48,594 nt of DNA, from NCBI GenBank assembly GCA_039039985.1, contig JBCCOV010000012.1:1-48594 (forward strand), read 5' to 3'. This document shows positions 1-8,479 of the stretch, in pieces. The notes below the pieces were generated by a model that saw only the letters and a program-made list of their open reading frames with translations, was not told the DNA's origin and made no database searches. Made by a program: the position numbers and the translations under genes. The stretch's first letter is position 1. Every line of letters begins with the position of its first letter. The stretch is from Pseudomonadota bacterium (GTDB lineage Bacteria > Pseudomonadota > Alphaproteobacteria > Rhizobiales > Hyphomicrobiaceae).

Positions 1-992
1 ACCGGCAGGTTGGCCCCGTACCCGAAAGCTATGATATCGCCGTTGGCCGAAAACCGCGCTCCAAGACGATCCGAAAGCGGCAATCCGTGCTCACGCGACC
101 GCAGCAGAATTTCCGTCGACCCGAGCGAGCCTGCGGCCAGCACAACAACGTCCGCCGTCACGGACTCCGGCAACTCCGCATCGCCACGCTTGGCATCGGA
201 TCGTGACAGCACCACACGCCAACGCCCGTCAGCTTCGCGCGCCACGTGCGTGACCTTGATCTCCGTGAAGCACACGGCGCCATAACGAACGGCTTCAGGC
301 AAGTACGTGAGCGCAACGGTATTCTTTGCGCCAACATTACAACCACCGCAGCAATCCCCGCAGCGCGTGCATGCGGACTGCGCGACACCTGCGGCATTGA
401 CACGATCGGTAAAACTCACCGCGACATTCGGCGCAACTGGCGGCGTCCCAAGCGCCGCCGATGCGACGCGCAGGGATTCGAACTTTGTATGCTCGTGCGC
501 AATCGGGTCGTGCGCTGGCGCGATCCATCGCGCGGCGCGTGCATAGCCCTCGTCAAGCGTTGGATCTTGCCGGATCTGACCCGGCCAGACCGGGTCTGCA
601 AAGACACGCGCATCAGGCCGCAAGGATACGCCGGCATTCACCAACGACCCACCGCCCAATCCGCAGCCGACCAGAACGTGCATGTCGTCGCCAAGCCGGA
701 TATCGTAGAGAGCGCTTTCCGACCCGGTCGACATTTTCGACCCACTCACGCGCAGCTCAGACCGCACATCAGGGAACCGTTGCGGAAATTGTCCGGTCGG
801 AAACTCCTTCCCGCGCTCAAGCACGGCAACCCGACGTCCGGCGCGCGCCAGTCGCGCGGCCGAGACACCGCCGCCATAGCCCGAGCCGACAACGACGACG
901 TCATAATGTGCCACCATCTCGGACCACGCGGATGCCAGCCGAACTTGATCCGCCGGCTTCGGCATGGAATCGGTCGCAATATCCGTCGGCAT
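1..992 (-). CDS. GMC-family FAD-dependent oxidoreductase (cholesterol-oxidase-like); 3' end runs off the window edge
   Basis: Reverse-strand translation from ATG (complement 990-992) reads MPTDIATDSMPKPADQVRLASAWSEMVAHYDVVVVGSGYGGGVSAARLARAGRRVAVLERGKEF... This contains a Rossmann FAD motif (GSGYGGG) and later a GCGLGGGSLVNAG GMC signature. An SD-like GGGGA precedes the start. There is no stop before position 1, so the gene is absent from the ORF track. The + strand ORFs 246-1172, 307-546 and 461-1009 are its antisense shadows. Confidence 0.7.
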   Translation of the reverse strand, partial: MPTDIATDSMPKPADQVRLASAWSEMVAHYDVVVVGSGYGGGVSAARLARAGRRVAVLERGKEFPTGQFPQRFPDVRSELRVSGSKMSTGSESALYDIRLGDDMHVLVGCGLGGGSLVNAGVSLRPDARVFADPVWPGQIRQDPTLDEGYARAARWIAPAHDPIAHEHTKFESLRVASAALGTPPVAPNVAVSFTDRVNAAGVAQSACTRCGDCCGGCNVGAKNTVALTYLPEAVRYGAVCFTEIKVTHVAREADGRWRVVLSRSDAKRGDAELPESVTADVVVLAAGSLGSTEILLRSREHGLPLSDRLGARFSANGDIIAFGYGANLP

Positions 993-1046
993 CAGCAGTC
1001 CCCGTATGATCAATCATCCCGCCCGGCCGGCAATCGGGTTTGTGAG

Positions 1047-1997
1047 TTAGCGATATGTGATCGGCAGCGAGTACGTCCGCTGCCGCTCCGTCAACGTGGC
1101 CGGCGCTGGCGGAAACCGAAAACTCAGCAACGCACGTCGCGCGGCCGCATCCAACGCAGGAAGACCACTTGAACGCTGGACGACAATCCGTTCCGGGCGA
1201 CCATCAAGCCCTATGGTTAAGAGCAACAACACCCGCCCGCGCACGGCCAGCTTTCGCTCGCCACTCGTCCGATTGAGATGCGCCTCCAATTTCGGAAGAG
1301 ATTTCAGAACGTTGGCACCATAGTCCTTGGCAAGTCTCCCAGCGGCAAGACGGGCCGAGGCAACGGCGTCTGGCTCTGAATCCGGGTCAACACCTGTTGT
1401 CCCGCCAATGCGGCTCGCAACGGTCTCCTCGCTCGGAGCCGATTCCGCAGACGCCGCCGAAGTCGGCTGACGAGGGGGCTGGGGCACCGGCGGCTCATCT
1501 GCGTCACGCTGAGTAACCGTCGATGATTTCGGCGAGATGGGCGCGCGTTCGGCTGGCGGCTCGCTAGCTGGCGGCACCCGTATCACGGTTTCGTTTGCGC
1601 GGTCGTCGGGCTTCGGAACGGCGCCCTTTGGCGTGGGTGGCACGGGCGCCGGAACAACTGCGCCCGCTTCGCGCTGACTGTCGGCCTGCGCAGCGCTATC
1701 GAGACGCTGAGTCTCTTGACCGGGCGTTGGCGCGGTCCGGCCGCGTAGCCCGCTTGGAGACCGTCCATCGGAACTTGACGTACGCGCGCCGGACGCCTCC
1801 GCGCGCGAACTCAGTTCAACAGTCAGCGATGCGTCATCGTCACCGCCGGCGCCAAGCTTGGCCGTTGCCGGATAGCCACCCGTCAACACAATCGCTGCCA
1901 GGTGGATCCCAACAGCAGCAACGATCGCGAAACCCGAACGGACAGTTTCAAATCTCGGCCGCGGTGCCGCAACAAGTCCGCCCGCATCGAGCCGCAC
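1047..1997 (-). CDS. tonB: TonB family energy transducer (orphan, no exbBD adjacent)
   Basis: The C-terminal ~70 aa (RKLAVRGRVLLLLTIGLDGRPERIVVQRSSGLPALDAAARRALLSFRFPPAP) match the TonB C-terminal domain. There is a single TM helix (FAIVAAVGIHLAAIVL) followed by a long Pro/Ala-rich spacer. The start is placed at the in-frame GTG (V of KVRLDAGG) ~20 aa before the TM. The track ORF extends to 2240, which adds an 81-aa acidic N-extension overlapping the upstream GST gene, so the start is uncertain. Confidence 0.55.
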   Translation of the reverse strand: MRLDAGGLVAAPRPRFETVRSGFAIVAAVGIHLAAIVLTGGYPATAKLGAGGDDDASLTVELSSRAEASGARTSSSDGRSPSGLRGRTAPTPGQETQRLDSAAQADSQREAGAVVPAPVPPTPKGAVPKPDDRANETVIRVPPASEPPAERAPISPKSSTVTQRDADEPPVPQPPRQPTSAASAESAPSEETVASRIGGTTGVDPDSEPDAVASARLAAGRLAKDYGANVLKSLPKLEAHLNRTSGERKLAVRGRVLLLLTIGLDGRPERIVVQRSSGLPALDAAARRALLSFRFPPAPATLTERQRTYSLPITYR

Positions 1998-2178
1998 CTT
2001 TCCAAGGTCCGATACAGCCTCAATCTGCTCGCCGTCTTCGGATGGTTCGCCAGACTCCGACAAGGCGATTTCGGTTTCACCAACCAAATCAGAAGCGTCA
2101 GCGGCGGAGGTCGGCTCCGCTGCCAAATCTGTATCCGGATCGTCGGTGACATCCGAGTGATCGCTCACGGACGTGTCC

Positions 2179-2880
2179 TCAGGACCGCACTGTCGGGGCG
2201 TTGCGCGCTGCGCCTCCGTGCAGATCCAGGAGGCGATCAAACCAGTCGGCGACTCGACTGCTTTCTTTGAAGACCGGCTTCGGAGACACGACGTTTGGCC
2301 ACATCAGAGTGCCGAACACAATGTAATCGCCGTAGTACGGCGCATTGCCACCGAGAAACGGACCCGCTTCAAGTGCCGCCTCAACAGGTCTAAGCACCTG
2401 CCTTAGTGCCGCACGCGCGCCCGCCTGTGCCCCATCACTGCAGAACTCATCCAATGACTTTCCAAGCCGTTTCTCGCGCGACTCCTGAAAATAGGCGGCG
2501 TCTTTCGGATCAAGAACGGCATGGACCGCCTTGACGGCCAGTGGGGCCAGCGGACCGAAGAGCGTTGTATCGGCCCAGACATTCAAAAACCGTGCGGATG
2601 CTTTCGCCAATGTGTCAGCCATCAGCGCCGGCTTGTCTGGGTAGGTTTCGTCGAGATAGAGCGCGATCTGCCAACTGTCGCTCACGATTCGATCACCGTC
2701 GACAATGACTGGCACCCGCTGCTGACCGCTCTCCGCAAGCCGCTCCGTTTCGGTAAAGCGCCACGGCAACCCCTCAAAAGGCAAGCCTTTGTGGTGCATC
2801 GCCATTTTCGCGCGCCAGCAATACGGCGAAAACCGAAGAGAATCATCTCGACCGCAGAGATCGTAAATCTGGATGGTCAT
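2179..2880 (-). CDS. glutathione S-transferase family protein
   Basis: 233-aa ORF with an ATG start. The N-terminal thioredoxin-like GST domain reads MTIQIYDLCGRDDSLRFSPYCWRAKMAMHHKGLPFE...RVPVIVDGD, followed by an alpha-helical C-terminal domain. Confidence 0.8.
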   Translation of the reverse strand: MTIQIYDLCGRDDSLRFSPYCWRAKMAMHHKGLPFEGLPWRFTETERLAESGQQRVPVIVDGDRIVSDSWQIALYLDETYPDKPALMADTLAKASARFLNVWADTTLFGPLAPLAVKAVHAVLDPKDAAYFQESREKRLGKSLDEFCSDGAQAGARAALRQVLRPVEAALEAGPFLGGNAPYYGDYIVFGTLMWPNVVSPKPVFKESSRVADWFDRLLDLHGGAARNAPTVRS

Positions 2881-3307
2881 TGCCGCCCCAATCGTCGCAC
2901 CGCCTGGTCACTCAACGCAGCGGAGCAACCCGCAGACCAGTACGGTCGGTCAAGGCCTTGCTCCCCCCAGCCCACAGAGCGTGCGCCATGATAGGCAATC
3001 TCTTTGGTCCAGCTGCGCGAAAGCATCTTAGCTGCTGCGTGACATGATTCCCATGCTAAGGATGACTTGAGGGCCACCGCTGGCGCCTCGCAGCAGAATC
3101 TGGCGCGTTACAGCAGACAAGAGAGCAATTGCTCTCGGCGGAAAGCCTTCGTCGCCCTCGTCCCTCTGCCTGGGAATCTCCAGACCGGCCGATCCGCGAC
3201 GGTGCTGAGGGGTACCCGGTGAATTTCGTCACACAAGATTCCGGACCAGGCTTGTGGCCCGCGGCGCGCAGCAGGCTTGGCGAAAACCGTAAAGGATCCA
3301 GAACATC

Positions 3308-4051
3308 TTGACCGATCCCGCCATCGCGGCCCTCATCTGCCTCGCCTTCCTGACGGCCGGACTGATCAAGGGTGTCATCGGCTTGGGAATGCCCGTCGTC
3401 GTACTCGCCTTTCTTGCAACAACAATCGGCCTGAAGCCGACACTCGCTCTGATGGTTTTTCCTGGAATCATCGGCAACCTCTGGCAGGCAACCACGGGCG
3501 GTGCGTTTTGGTCCAATTTGAGCCGGCTGTGGTCGATGTTCGCTTTGTCCGTGGCCGCCATCTGGATCGGCGTGGCAACTTTGGCCGCCGTCGAAGTCCG
3601 ATGGATCACCGCGCTTCTTGGCTTGATACTCTCGGCCTATGCAGCACTCAGCCTCTGGAAGCCACGCCTGCCACCGCCGCGGCAATGGGAAATCTGGCTA
3701 TCGCCCACTATTGGCGCTGTCGCCGGTTTCATGTTCGGGTTGACCGGGACTTATATGGTGCCTGGCGTGATTTACATTGAAGCCTTAGGCCTGCAACGGG
3801 ATGCGTTCGTCCAGGCGCTTGGCATGACGTTTCTTATTATCTCCGCAACATTAGGTGCGAGCCTTGTACAACACGATCTTATGTCAGCGAAAGTAACGTT
3901 GGCATCGGCGCTGGCGCTTGTGCCCTTATTTACCGGACTTCTCGTAGGTCAACGCGTTCGCCGTCATGTTCCGCAGGACAAATTTCGAAAACTCTTCTTT
4001 ATCTGGCTTTTCATAACCGGGTTTGTGATTTTCGGCCGCGCCGCTTTTTGA
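3308..4051 (+). CDS. TauE/SafE (TSUP, DUF81) family sulfite/anion exporter membrane protein
   Basis: 247-aa polytopic membrane protein with two internal repeats and a glycine-rich TM1 (LIKGVIGLGMPVVVLAFL). The first in-frame start is TTG at 3308; the next ATG would fall inside TM1. Confidence 0.7.
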   Translation: MTDPAIAALICLAFLTAGLIKGVIGLGMPVVVLAFLATTIGLKPTLALMVFPGIIGNLWQATTGGAFWSNLSRLWSMFALSVAAIWIGVATLAAVEVRWITALLGLILSAYAALSLWKPRLPPPRQWEIWLSPTIGAVAGFMFGLTGTYMVPGVIYIEALGLQRDAFVQALGMTFLIISATLGASLVQHDLMSAKVTLASALALVPLFTGLLVGQRVRRHVPQDKFRKLFFIWLFITGFVIFGRAAF

Positions 4052-4215
4052 TCCGGTCGCCAAAATTCGGACGAATTGTTCTTGCAATTGCACACGTCAG
4101 AGGGTACTTCCCCTCCCGCTTATTGCACAGTGCACACTGTGGCGATAAGTAAATGAACCGATGGCATAGAGTTTCGCGCCCGTATCCAACCGGCGCTCGC
4201 AACTGAGGAGGTCCG

Positions 4216-4311
4216 ATGCATCAGCGACAACACACATACATTGGTGTGATGTGCGCGGGCATTTGGACGCTCCTGACGTGCATCGGGACGCTTCCAAGCT
4301 CCGGCATCTGA
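4216..4311 (+). CDS. candidate small ORF (31 aa, hydrophobic) with a consensus Shine-Dalgarno
   Basis: GAGGAGG at 4205-4211 lies 4 nt before ATG 4216. Translation gives MHQRQHTYIGVMCAGIWTLLTCIGTLPSSGI*, with a central 19-aa TM-like stretch. GC3 is ~68%, which is coding-like. It is the only ORF with a strong RBS in the ~500-bp low-GC gap 4052-4564. It is below the 60-aa cutoff of the track. Confidence 0.25.
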   Translation: MHQRQHTYIGVMCAGIWTLLTCIGTLPSSGI

Positions 4312-4440
4312 ACTCGCGCTACGCAATCACATCTTGCAATCGCATTGGCTGAATGCAGGGCTGTTCCATTTTCGGAACATCCGGTCCGGCTCGTGTCGTA
4401 CTGCGAAATTGCGTGAATTCAGGTCACGCCCATTACACCG

Positions 4441-4469
4441 TCAGAAAATCGCAGCTCGACAATTTCTGA
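4441..4469. promoter_or_regulatory. inverted repeat TCAGAAAAT-N11-AATTTCTGA, ~100 bp upstream of CDS 4565
   Basis: Seen directly: tcagaaaatcgcagctcgacaatttctga. It is 8/9 symmetric and AT-rich, and lies in the leader of the orphan 396-aa gene. Confidence 0.2.
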
Positions 4470-4564
4470 ATTGGCCGCGCTACCCAGCGCTCGGCAATGG
4501 AATTGTTACGGCGTAATCAGAAATCGGCGTTTGCCCATATCGTTCGCAAAACCAATTCGGGCGA

Positions 4565-5755
4565 ATGGCGGAGCTTTATCCGGAAACAAGAGCGATGGAA
4601 CTTCTAGCCAAAGCATTCCTCCTCGATAGAAAAACCGTTGATATTGAGGAGCACCTCAAGCGGTTTCGGCGCAGCTATCGGCGACGGCTCCGTCGGCTCG
4701 CCGGCTTGGCGACACCGTGCGCCGAACTGCTCGTGTCGTTTCCAGCGGCGGCGTTTGCAATCGCGACCGAATACGGCACGCGGGACCAGCGCGCGCAGGC
4801 GATCAAGTCCGTCCGCGCCGGCGAGCCGCTGAAGAACGTGGCGACTGCGCTGCAGTTGCCTCTGTGGCTCCGGAAGCTTCCGCCAGAGGCACTCACGAAC
4901 GAGTTTCCGGCTCATATCCCAAGCGACCCCGAATTTGGGACCAAGCTGCTCGGGATGGTTCCGCAATCTCGCGACGACATCGGTCGGTGGCTCACTGCGG
5001 TGCTTGAAGGCGAGCGCACGTGTGACGCAGAGTTTGCGTTGTGGCTGGCACGGCATCCGGAACAGCTTCCGGAACCTCAGTATGTCGATGCGGTTGTGCT
5101 GTTGGGCGCGTATGCTTGGTTCTCCGAGCACCACGACACGGACGCTGGCATGCTGATACCGCACCGGTGGCATGGTCAAATGACTGTTCGCGGCGCCGTG
5201 AAGCGTCTTGAGGAGTGGTGGAAACTGCTTCGCCAAGAGCTGTTTCTCGGTAAAGGCGGTGTCCAGGACCCATGGCTGGCCGGCGGCCGTGCCGCGGGAT
5301 ACCGCCTTGTGCCATTGCTGACGTTTGCGGATCTCGAAGCCGAGGCGGAAGCCATGGACAACTGCGTGACGGACTACGCGTGGAAAATGGCACACAACGA
5401 ATGCCGTTTGTTCAGCATGCGTCGGGGCGCCACCCATGTTGCGACATTGGAAGTGCAGGCACATCCGTGTCACGACGGTATTCCTCAGATTGTTCAGCTG
5501 CTTGGGCCGGACAATGAGGATGCACCCGACCGGGTCTGGGCTGCGGCGTTCACATGGCTGGGAAAACAGGCGAAGTACGGCATTCCTGACCCGGAAAACA
5601 CGGGTCCGGCACCGGCACTCGCAACGTGGCAGCGCATTTGGCTCCCCTACTGGCGCGCGAAGGGGCAACACCAACTGCTGCCCAGATTCCCGAACGGCGA
5701 GACGATCGACGCGATTAGTCAGCGGATCGATCGCTTGAGGCGGGCTGCAAAGTAG
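4565..5755 (+). CDS. hypothetical protein (396 aa), no family recognised
   Basis: Clean ORF with an ATG start, balanced W/D/E/L-rich composition and high GC3 except for the first ~20 codons. It has a basic N-region (RFRRSYRRRLRRL) and a C-terminal stretch LTFADLEAEAEAMDNCVTDYAWKMAHNECRLFSMRRGATHVATLEV. The opposite-strand ORF 4604-5902 is R/C-rich and is a shadow. Confidence 0.6.
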   Translation: MAELYPETRAMELLAKAFLLDRKTVDIEEHLKRFRRSYRRRLRRLAGLATPCAELLVSFPAAAFAIATEYGTRDQRAQAIKSVRAGEPLKNVATALQLPLWLRKLPPEALTNEFPAHIPSDPEFGTKLLGMVPQSRDDIGRWLTAVLEGERTCDAEFALWLARHPEQLPEPQYVDAVVLLGAYAWFSEHHDTDAGMLIPHRWHGQMTVRGAVKRLEEWWKLLRQELFLGKGGVQDPWLAGGRAAGYRLVPLLTFADLEAEAEAMDNCVTDYAWKMAHNECRLFSMRRGATHVATLEVQAHPCHDGIPQIVQLLGPDNEDAPDRVWAAAFTWLGKQAKYGIPDPENTGPAPALATWQRIWLPYWRAKGQHQLLPRFPNGETIDAISQRIDRLRRAAK

Positions 5756-5765
5756 TCCAGAAAAC

Positions 5766-5794
5766 GCCCGTCGGTTGGGTTCCATCCGACGGGC
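5766..5794 (+). terminator. stem-loop GCCCGTCGG-(11)-CCGACGGGC just downstream of CDS 4565-5755
   Basis: A 9-bp perfect GC-rich stem begins 11 nt after the TAG stop. It has no U-tract, so it may be a Rho-dependent site or a structured terminator. Confidence 0.3.
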
Positions 5795-5922
5795 ACACAT
5801 CAGAGTGATGGCCACAAGCCCCCAACGAGATGACAACTTGCATGCTGCGGCGAAGCCCGTTTGGATACGTCGCACGCCTGTGATCCGCAGCAGCAACAGC
5901 AAACAGAACCGGCCGGTGACCT

Positions 5923-6918
5923 ATGCCTTTTAGAGCTCTCCTCGTCGACAAAGCAGACGATGGCACGATTTCCCAGTCCGTCATGACACTTGAGGACTCG
6001 CGTCTCCCGGCAGACGGGAATGTGACGGTTTCGGTGGAATACTCCACCGTGAACTACAAGGACGGCCTGTGCATTACCGGCCAGGGCGGCCTGGTTCGCG
6101 ACTTTCCCCATGTCCCCGGCATCGACTTTGCGGGTACTGTTGAGGCATCGGACGACCCCAGGTTCAAGGCAGGTGACAAAGTTGTCCTCACGGGATGGCG
6201 CGTTGGCGAAGTGTGGTGGGGCGGTTACGCCGAACGCGCGAAAGTCAAAGCAGACTGGCTGGTTCCCTTGCCCGACGGGCTGTCAACGCGCCAGGCCATG
6301 GCTGTCGGAACCGCCGGCTTCACGGCAATGCTTGCCGTCATGGCGCTGGAGATTCATGGCCTCAAGCCGGATGACGGAGAAGTCCTGGTGACAGGTGCAG
6401 CAGGCGGCGTCGGGTCCGTTGCAACCGCGATCCTTGCCAAGCGTGGCTATCAGGTTGCCGCAGTCACCGGGCGGCCGGAGCAGGCCGCCTACCTGACCGA
6501 TCTTGGTGCGGCTCGGATTGTCGCGCGCGATGACATCAACACACCTTCGGGCCGACCACTGGACCGCGAGACCTGGGCTGGCTGCGTCGACGCCGTTGGC
6601 GGTGCGATGCTTGCAACCATTCTCCCGCAGATGAATTACGGCGCATCGGTCGCGGCCGTGGGCCTCGCCGGTGGCCCGAAACTCAACACAACCGTCATTC
6701 CGTTTCTACTCCGCGGCGTCAATTTGCTTGGGATCGACAGTGTGATGCAGCCACTGGCCAACCGCACCACTGCCTGGCAGCGGATTACCGAGGACCTGCC
6801 GATGGATAAGCTCGACAAAATGGTGCAAACGGCAAGCCTGTCTGACCTGCCCAACCTCGGGCCGGCGATCATCAAAGGTCAGGTGAAGGGCCGCATCGTG
6901 GTGGACTTGAAGGCTTGA
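5923..6918 (+). CDS. YhdH/AcuI-family MDR NADPH-dependent oxidoreductase (acrylyl-CoA reductase-like)
   Basis: The sequence reads MPFRALLVDKADDG...VEYSTVNYKDGLCITGQGGLVRDFPHVPGIDFAGTV...LVTGAAGGVGSVA. This is the zinc-free MDR, YhdH-type architecture. It starts with ATG. Confidence 0.8.
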   Translation: MPFRALLVDKADDGTISQSVMTLEDSRLPADGNVTVSVEYSTVNYKDGLCITGQGGLVRDFPHVPGIDFAGTVEASDDPRFKAGDKVVLTGWRVGEVWWGGYAERAKVKADWLVPLPDGLSTRQAMAVGTAGFTAMLAVMALEIHGLKPDDGEVLVTGAAGGVGSVATAILAKRGYQVAAVTGRPEQAAYLTDLGAARIVARDDINTPSGRPLDRETWAGCVDAVGGAMLATILPQMNYGASVAAVGLAGGPKLNTTVIPFLLRGVNLLGIDSVMQPLANRTTAWQRITEDLPMDKLDKMVQTASLSDLPNLGPAIIKGQVKGRIVVDLKA

Positions 6919-7430
6919 TGCCCATGACAAATCCCAGCGACGTCAAACTGTCGGGCAAAACAATCGACCTTTCGGCGCTGAAACAACGCGTTGGCGACGT
7001 CATCGGCGTGTCGGACTGGATCTTGGTCGATCAGGCCAAGATCTCCGCATTTGCCGAACTCACGGGGGATCATCAGTTCATACATGTTGATCCGGAGCGG
7101 GCGAGGGCGGAGACGCCGTTTGGCGGGACAATCGCTCATGGCTTCCTGCTGCTCTCGCTCGTCACGCAGATGCGCGCGGACGCCATCCCCCCGATCGCCG
7201 GCATTGCAATGGGCATCAACTATGGCTTCGAGCGCGTCCGCTTCATCAGCCCCGTACCGTCTGGTTCTCGTGTGCGCGGGAGATTTACGTTGGCCGCTCT
7301 GGAGGCCCGAGGGCCAAATGAATTGCAGCTGGCGTGGGGCGTCAGCGTTGACGTCAGCGGTGCACACAAACCCGCCCTCGTGGCCGAATGGCTGACACGG
7401 GCAATTCTCAAACCGGAGCGGACATCATGA
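6918..7430 (+). CDS. MaoC-like (R)-specific enoyl-CoA hydratase / hotdog-fold dehydratase
   Basis: The sequence reads ...VGDVIGVSDWILVDQAKISAFAELTGDHQFIHVDPERARAETPFGGTIAHGFLLLSL, which is a MaoC dehydratase motif. Its ATG overlaps the TGA of the upstream gene (TGATG), suggesting translational coupling. Confidence 0.8.
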   Translation: MPMTNPSDVKLSGKTIDLSALKQRVGDVIGVSDWILVDQAKISAFAELTGDHQFIHVDPERARAETPFGGTIAHGFLLLSLVTQMRADAIPPIAGIAMGINYGFERVRFISPVPSGSRVRGRFTLAALEARGPNELQLAWGVSVDVSGAHKPALVAEWLTRAILKPERTS

Positions 7431-8470
7431 CAGGCCGTTGGAAACAAAGACCTGATGGCTCCAACTGGGGGGACTTCGGGCCGGACGACGAATGCGGGCG
7501 CCTCAATCTCATCACGCCGGAAAAGGTCCGCCAGGGTATCGCCGAAGTGCGCGACGGCCGCGCGTTCTGTCTATCGTTGCCGCTCGACTATCCGGGCAGC
7601 AACCTGCTGAACCCGGCCCGCCATCCGCCCCAGCGCTTTGCAACAGAAACCCCGGATGGACGAAAGCGCTTTCTCCTCGCGCTGTCCGACCAATTCCCGG
7701 ACGAAGCCTTCAGTGACGTAGTCAACGATGATCGCGTGCTGATCCACACGCAATACTCGACGCAGTGGGATGCCCTGTCTCACGTCGGCGCCATGTTTGA
7801 CGCGGACGGCGATGGAACGCCGGAAGCGGTGTTCTACAACGGCTGGCGCGGCGGCACCGACATCACAGCGCCCGGCGGCTCCTGTTCCGAGTGCGGCGGG
7901 ATCGCCGGATCAGACGCGTCGCGACTGGGCATTGAGAACATGGCGGCGCGCTGTGTCCAAGGTCGCGCGGTCATGATTGATCTGCATGCCGTCTACGGTG
8001 ACGATAAAGTCGACGTCGATTTCGACGGCCTCGCAGCTGCCATGACGGCTCAGAACGTGGTTGTCGAAACCGGTGACATGGTCTGCCTGCATACCGGCTT
8101 TGCGCGACGTGTCCTCGAAATGAACCGAGAGCCGGACGCCCATACGCTCCACAACGTGTGCGCCGCGCTCGAAGGGCGCGACCCGAAGCTGCAGGAATGG
8201 ATCAGAGACAGCGGCCTGTCTGTTCTGATTGCCGACAACTATGCCGTCGAGCGGGCGCCAAGTGCCACCGGAGCCGGCCCGCGGGCGATGTTGCCACTAC
8301 ACGAACTCTGCCTGTTCAAACTTGGCATTCACCTCGGTGAGATTTGGTGGCTGACCGAACTTGCAGACTATTTGCGCGATGCGGGACGCACGCGCTTCCT
8401 GTTGACCGCACCGCCCTTGCGTCTTCCTGGTGCTGTCGGATCGCCGACGACGCCCATCGCCACGGTATAG
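7427..8470 (+). CDS. putative cyclase family protein (kynurenine formamidase-like fold)
   Basis: The sequence reads MTGRWKQRPDGSNWGDFGPDDECGRLNLITPEKV...IHTQYSTQWDALSHVG, which is the cyclase-family pattern. It has an ATGA overlap with the MaoC stop. An alternative in-frame ATG lies at 7388. Confidence 0.7.
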   Translation: MTGRWKQRPDGSNWGDFGPDDECGRLNLITPEKVRQGIAEVRDGRAFCLSLPLDYPGSNLLNPARHPPQRFATETPDGRKRFLLALSDQFPDEAFSDVVNDDRVLIHTQYSTQWDALSHVGAMFDADGDGTPEAVFYNGWRGGTDITAPGGSCSECGGIAGSDASRLGIENMAARCVQGRAVMIDLHAVYGDDKVDVDFDGLAAAMTAQNVVVETGDMVCLHTGFARRVLEMNREPDAHTLHNVCAALEGRDPKLQEWIRDSGLSVLIADNYAVERAPSATGAGPRAMLPLHELCLFKLGIHLGEIWWLTELADYLRDAGRTRFLLTAPPLRLPGAVGSPTTPIATV

Positions 8471-8479
8471 ATCGCGTGA

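Noticed and set aside
246-1172. 308-aa plus-strand ORF (and overlapping ORFs 307-546, 461-1009)
   Set aside because: Arg/Cys/Pro-rich composition typical of antisense reading of a GC-rich gene. The opposite strand encodes a clean GMC oxidoreductase with FAD motif, so these are shadow ORFs.
4604-5902. 432-aa minus-strand ORF covering the 396-aa gene
   Set aside because: Extremely Arg/Cys-rich with no domain-like pattern. The plus strand has protein-like composition and GC3, so this is a shadow ORF.
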